Positions 62,502-64,000 of a stretch of 64,000 nt of DNA are shown in pieces. Numbering within the stretch: the stretch's first letter is position 1; every line of letters begins with the position of its first letter. The stretch is from an uncultured Bacillaceae bacterium. Lineage in GTDB: Bacteria > Bacillota > Bacilli > Bacillales > Cytobacillaceae. Where the stretch lies: the NCBI GenBank assembly GCA_963815765.1, contig CAWFID010000016.1, forward strand, positions 5,686 through 69,685. Direction: 5' to 3'. A program made the translations under genes and the position numbers. The notes beneath the pieces were generated by a model. It was not told the DNA's origin. It searched no databases and saw only the letters and a program-made list of their open reading frames with translations.

Positions 62502-63603
62502 ATGAGAAAAACATCCACCATCATGTCAGCTTTGTTAATGACCGGAATAATCCTGTCAGGTTGCGGGAATCAAACGACAACGGCTGATAATACAGATGAT
62601 AACAACAATAAAAATGAGGTTTTAAATGTCTACACTACGATATATCCTCTTGAGGATTTCACGAAAAAGATAGGTGGAGACTTCGTTCATGTCGAGAGCA
62701 TATTACCGCCTAATGTGGATGCACATAGTTTTGAGCCAACAACAAAGGATATGATGAAACTGGCGAATTCTGATTTATTTATCTATACCGGAGTTGGGGT
62801 TGAAGGGTTTGCCGACAAAGCGAACGAAACATTAAAAAATGAAAAAGTAACGATTGTGAAAGCTGCAGATCATATCGAGCTACTATCAGTTACAAGATCA
62901 TCATAATCACGAAGAAACTGTAGAAGAGCTAAGCCATGATAGTAATGATCAAATAGCTCACGAGGATCATCATGAAAATGAACATTCACAAGAACACGAT
63001 GAGCAAGGTAATGATCATGGCCAAGGAGACGAGCAAGCAGATGAGCATAGTCAGGAAGAGGATGAACATATTCATGGAGATTTGGATCCCCATGTTTGGT
63101 TAGATCCCAACCTATCAATCCAATTAGCAGAAAATATTAAAGATGTGTTAACAGAAAAATTACCTGATCAAAAAGAAACATTTGAATCAAACTTTAAGGA
63201 ATTGAAAAAAGAATTAGAACAGCTTGATGGAGATTTTAAGGAAGTAGTTGAAAACTCTAAAACAAAATATTTGCTTGTTTCTCATGCCGCTTACGGATAC
63301 TGGGAAAAAAGATATGGAATCGAACAAATCGCTATAGCAGGACTTTCTCCTAATGATGAGCCAAGCCAAAAAGAATTACAGGAAATTATTGAAGAGTCTG
63401 AAGCTCACGACATTCATTATGTAATGTTTGAACAGAATGTATCTCCAAAAGTATCAGAAATCATCCAAAAAGAAATTGGTGCAAAATCATTGGTCCTTTA
63501 TAACCTCGAGTCAATGACAAAAGAAGATCGCGATAATAATGAAGATTATTTTAGTATTATGAGAAAAAATCTGCAAAACATAGAAACTGCATTAAATAAC
63601 TAA
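62502..63603 (+). CDS. znuA: Zn ABC transporter solute-binding lipoprotein ZnuA/AdcA (frameshifted in the His-rich loop)
   Basis: Lipobox LSGC; DAHSFEP, a His/Asp/Glu-rich linker, DPHVWLDP and HAAYGY motifs. Confidence 0.88.
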
Positions 63604-63620
63604 GAAACGCAGGGACGGTC
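63604..63620. repeat. REP-like half copy directly after the znuA stop
   Basis: GAAACGCAGGGACGGTC. Confidence 0.55.
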
Positions 63621-63681
63621 TGAGACCACTCGAAAAAGTGCTCACTTTGAATAATTAACAGGTACTTTCATCAACCTACAG

Positions 63682-63733
63682 TAAAAAAAGAGGCCGGTTA
63701 TCTATATGCAGTAGATAATCGGCTTCTTTTTTC
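63682..63733 (+). terminator. intrinsic terminator
   Basis: AAAAAAAGAGGCCGGTTATCTA...TAGATAATCGGCTTCTTTTTT. Confidence 0.75.
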
Positions 63734-64000
63734 TTTAACTGGACTTGTTCCGTGCCTTTGACGGTCTGTTTGTATTTAGTACTGAAAACTTGAAACAATA
63801 ATAACCTTCTTAAGGATCCCTAGTGTCAGTATTAGTACCTTTGTAAATGAATTACTCAATTGGATATGATGGCAGGATCACTACTATTAAATGCATCTTA
63901 GTAGCAGGACCAAAACTCAGGGAGTATAATAAATCTTATCCTTCTTGGAAATAGCTGGTCCAATTACTAAAATATCCAAAAGTAATACTTGTAAAGGTCG

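Noticed and set aside
13485-63620. Palindromic repeats as a CRISPR array or integron attC array
   Set aside because: Copies are dispersed kilobases apart with no regular spacers and no cas genes. There is no integron integrase and no consistent attC core sites.
63620-64000. Possible IS end or remnant interrupting the last repeat (TGAGACCACTCGAAAAAGTG...)
   Set aside because: No partner inverted repeat or transposase frame is recognisable before the window ends.

Overview
Bases 1-~1275 are a GC-rich piece that looks foreign. It holds a 5'-partial AAA/ABC ATPase and a truncated DUF4276-type TOPRIM-like gene. It is joined abruptly to about 62.7 kb of AT-rich Bacillaceae-type chromosome, which reads as an accessory region. 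In order, that region carries: (i) a 2-methylcitrate operon directly upstream of a multicomponent diiron phenol hydroxylase and catechol meta-cleavage genes, with CcpA cre-like sites; (ii) a GlnPQ-type ABC transporter and a cobalamin riboswitch driving a lone cobT; (iii) several single accessory genes; (iv) an intact Wadjet type III-like (jetD-A-B-C) anti-plasmid system; (v) a DabAB/MpsABC CO2/bicarbonate uptake operon with a long attenuator-like leader; (vi) a Zur zinc-starvation cluster (ycgQR, zagA, Zn-free L33 and S14, an uncharacterised flavoprotein, znuA). The most striking unexplained structure is a family of about 20 REP-like palindromes (GGGGACGGTTCTT...AAGAACCGTCCCC) at gene boundaries. 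Several abut or supply stop codons, and same-subtype copies bracket cargo genes in a partly nested way. About ten genes carry apparent small-indel frameshifts, probably sequencing or assembly errors. All calls come from reading the sequence and motifs; no database searches were run.
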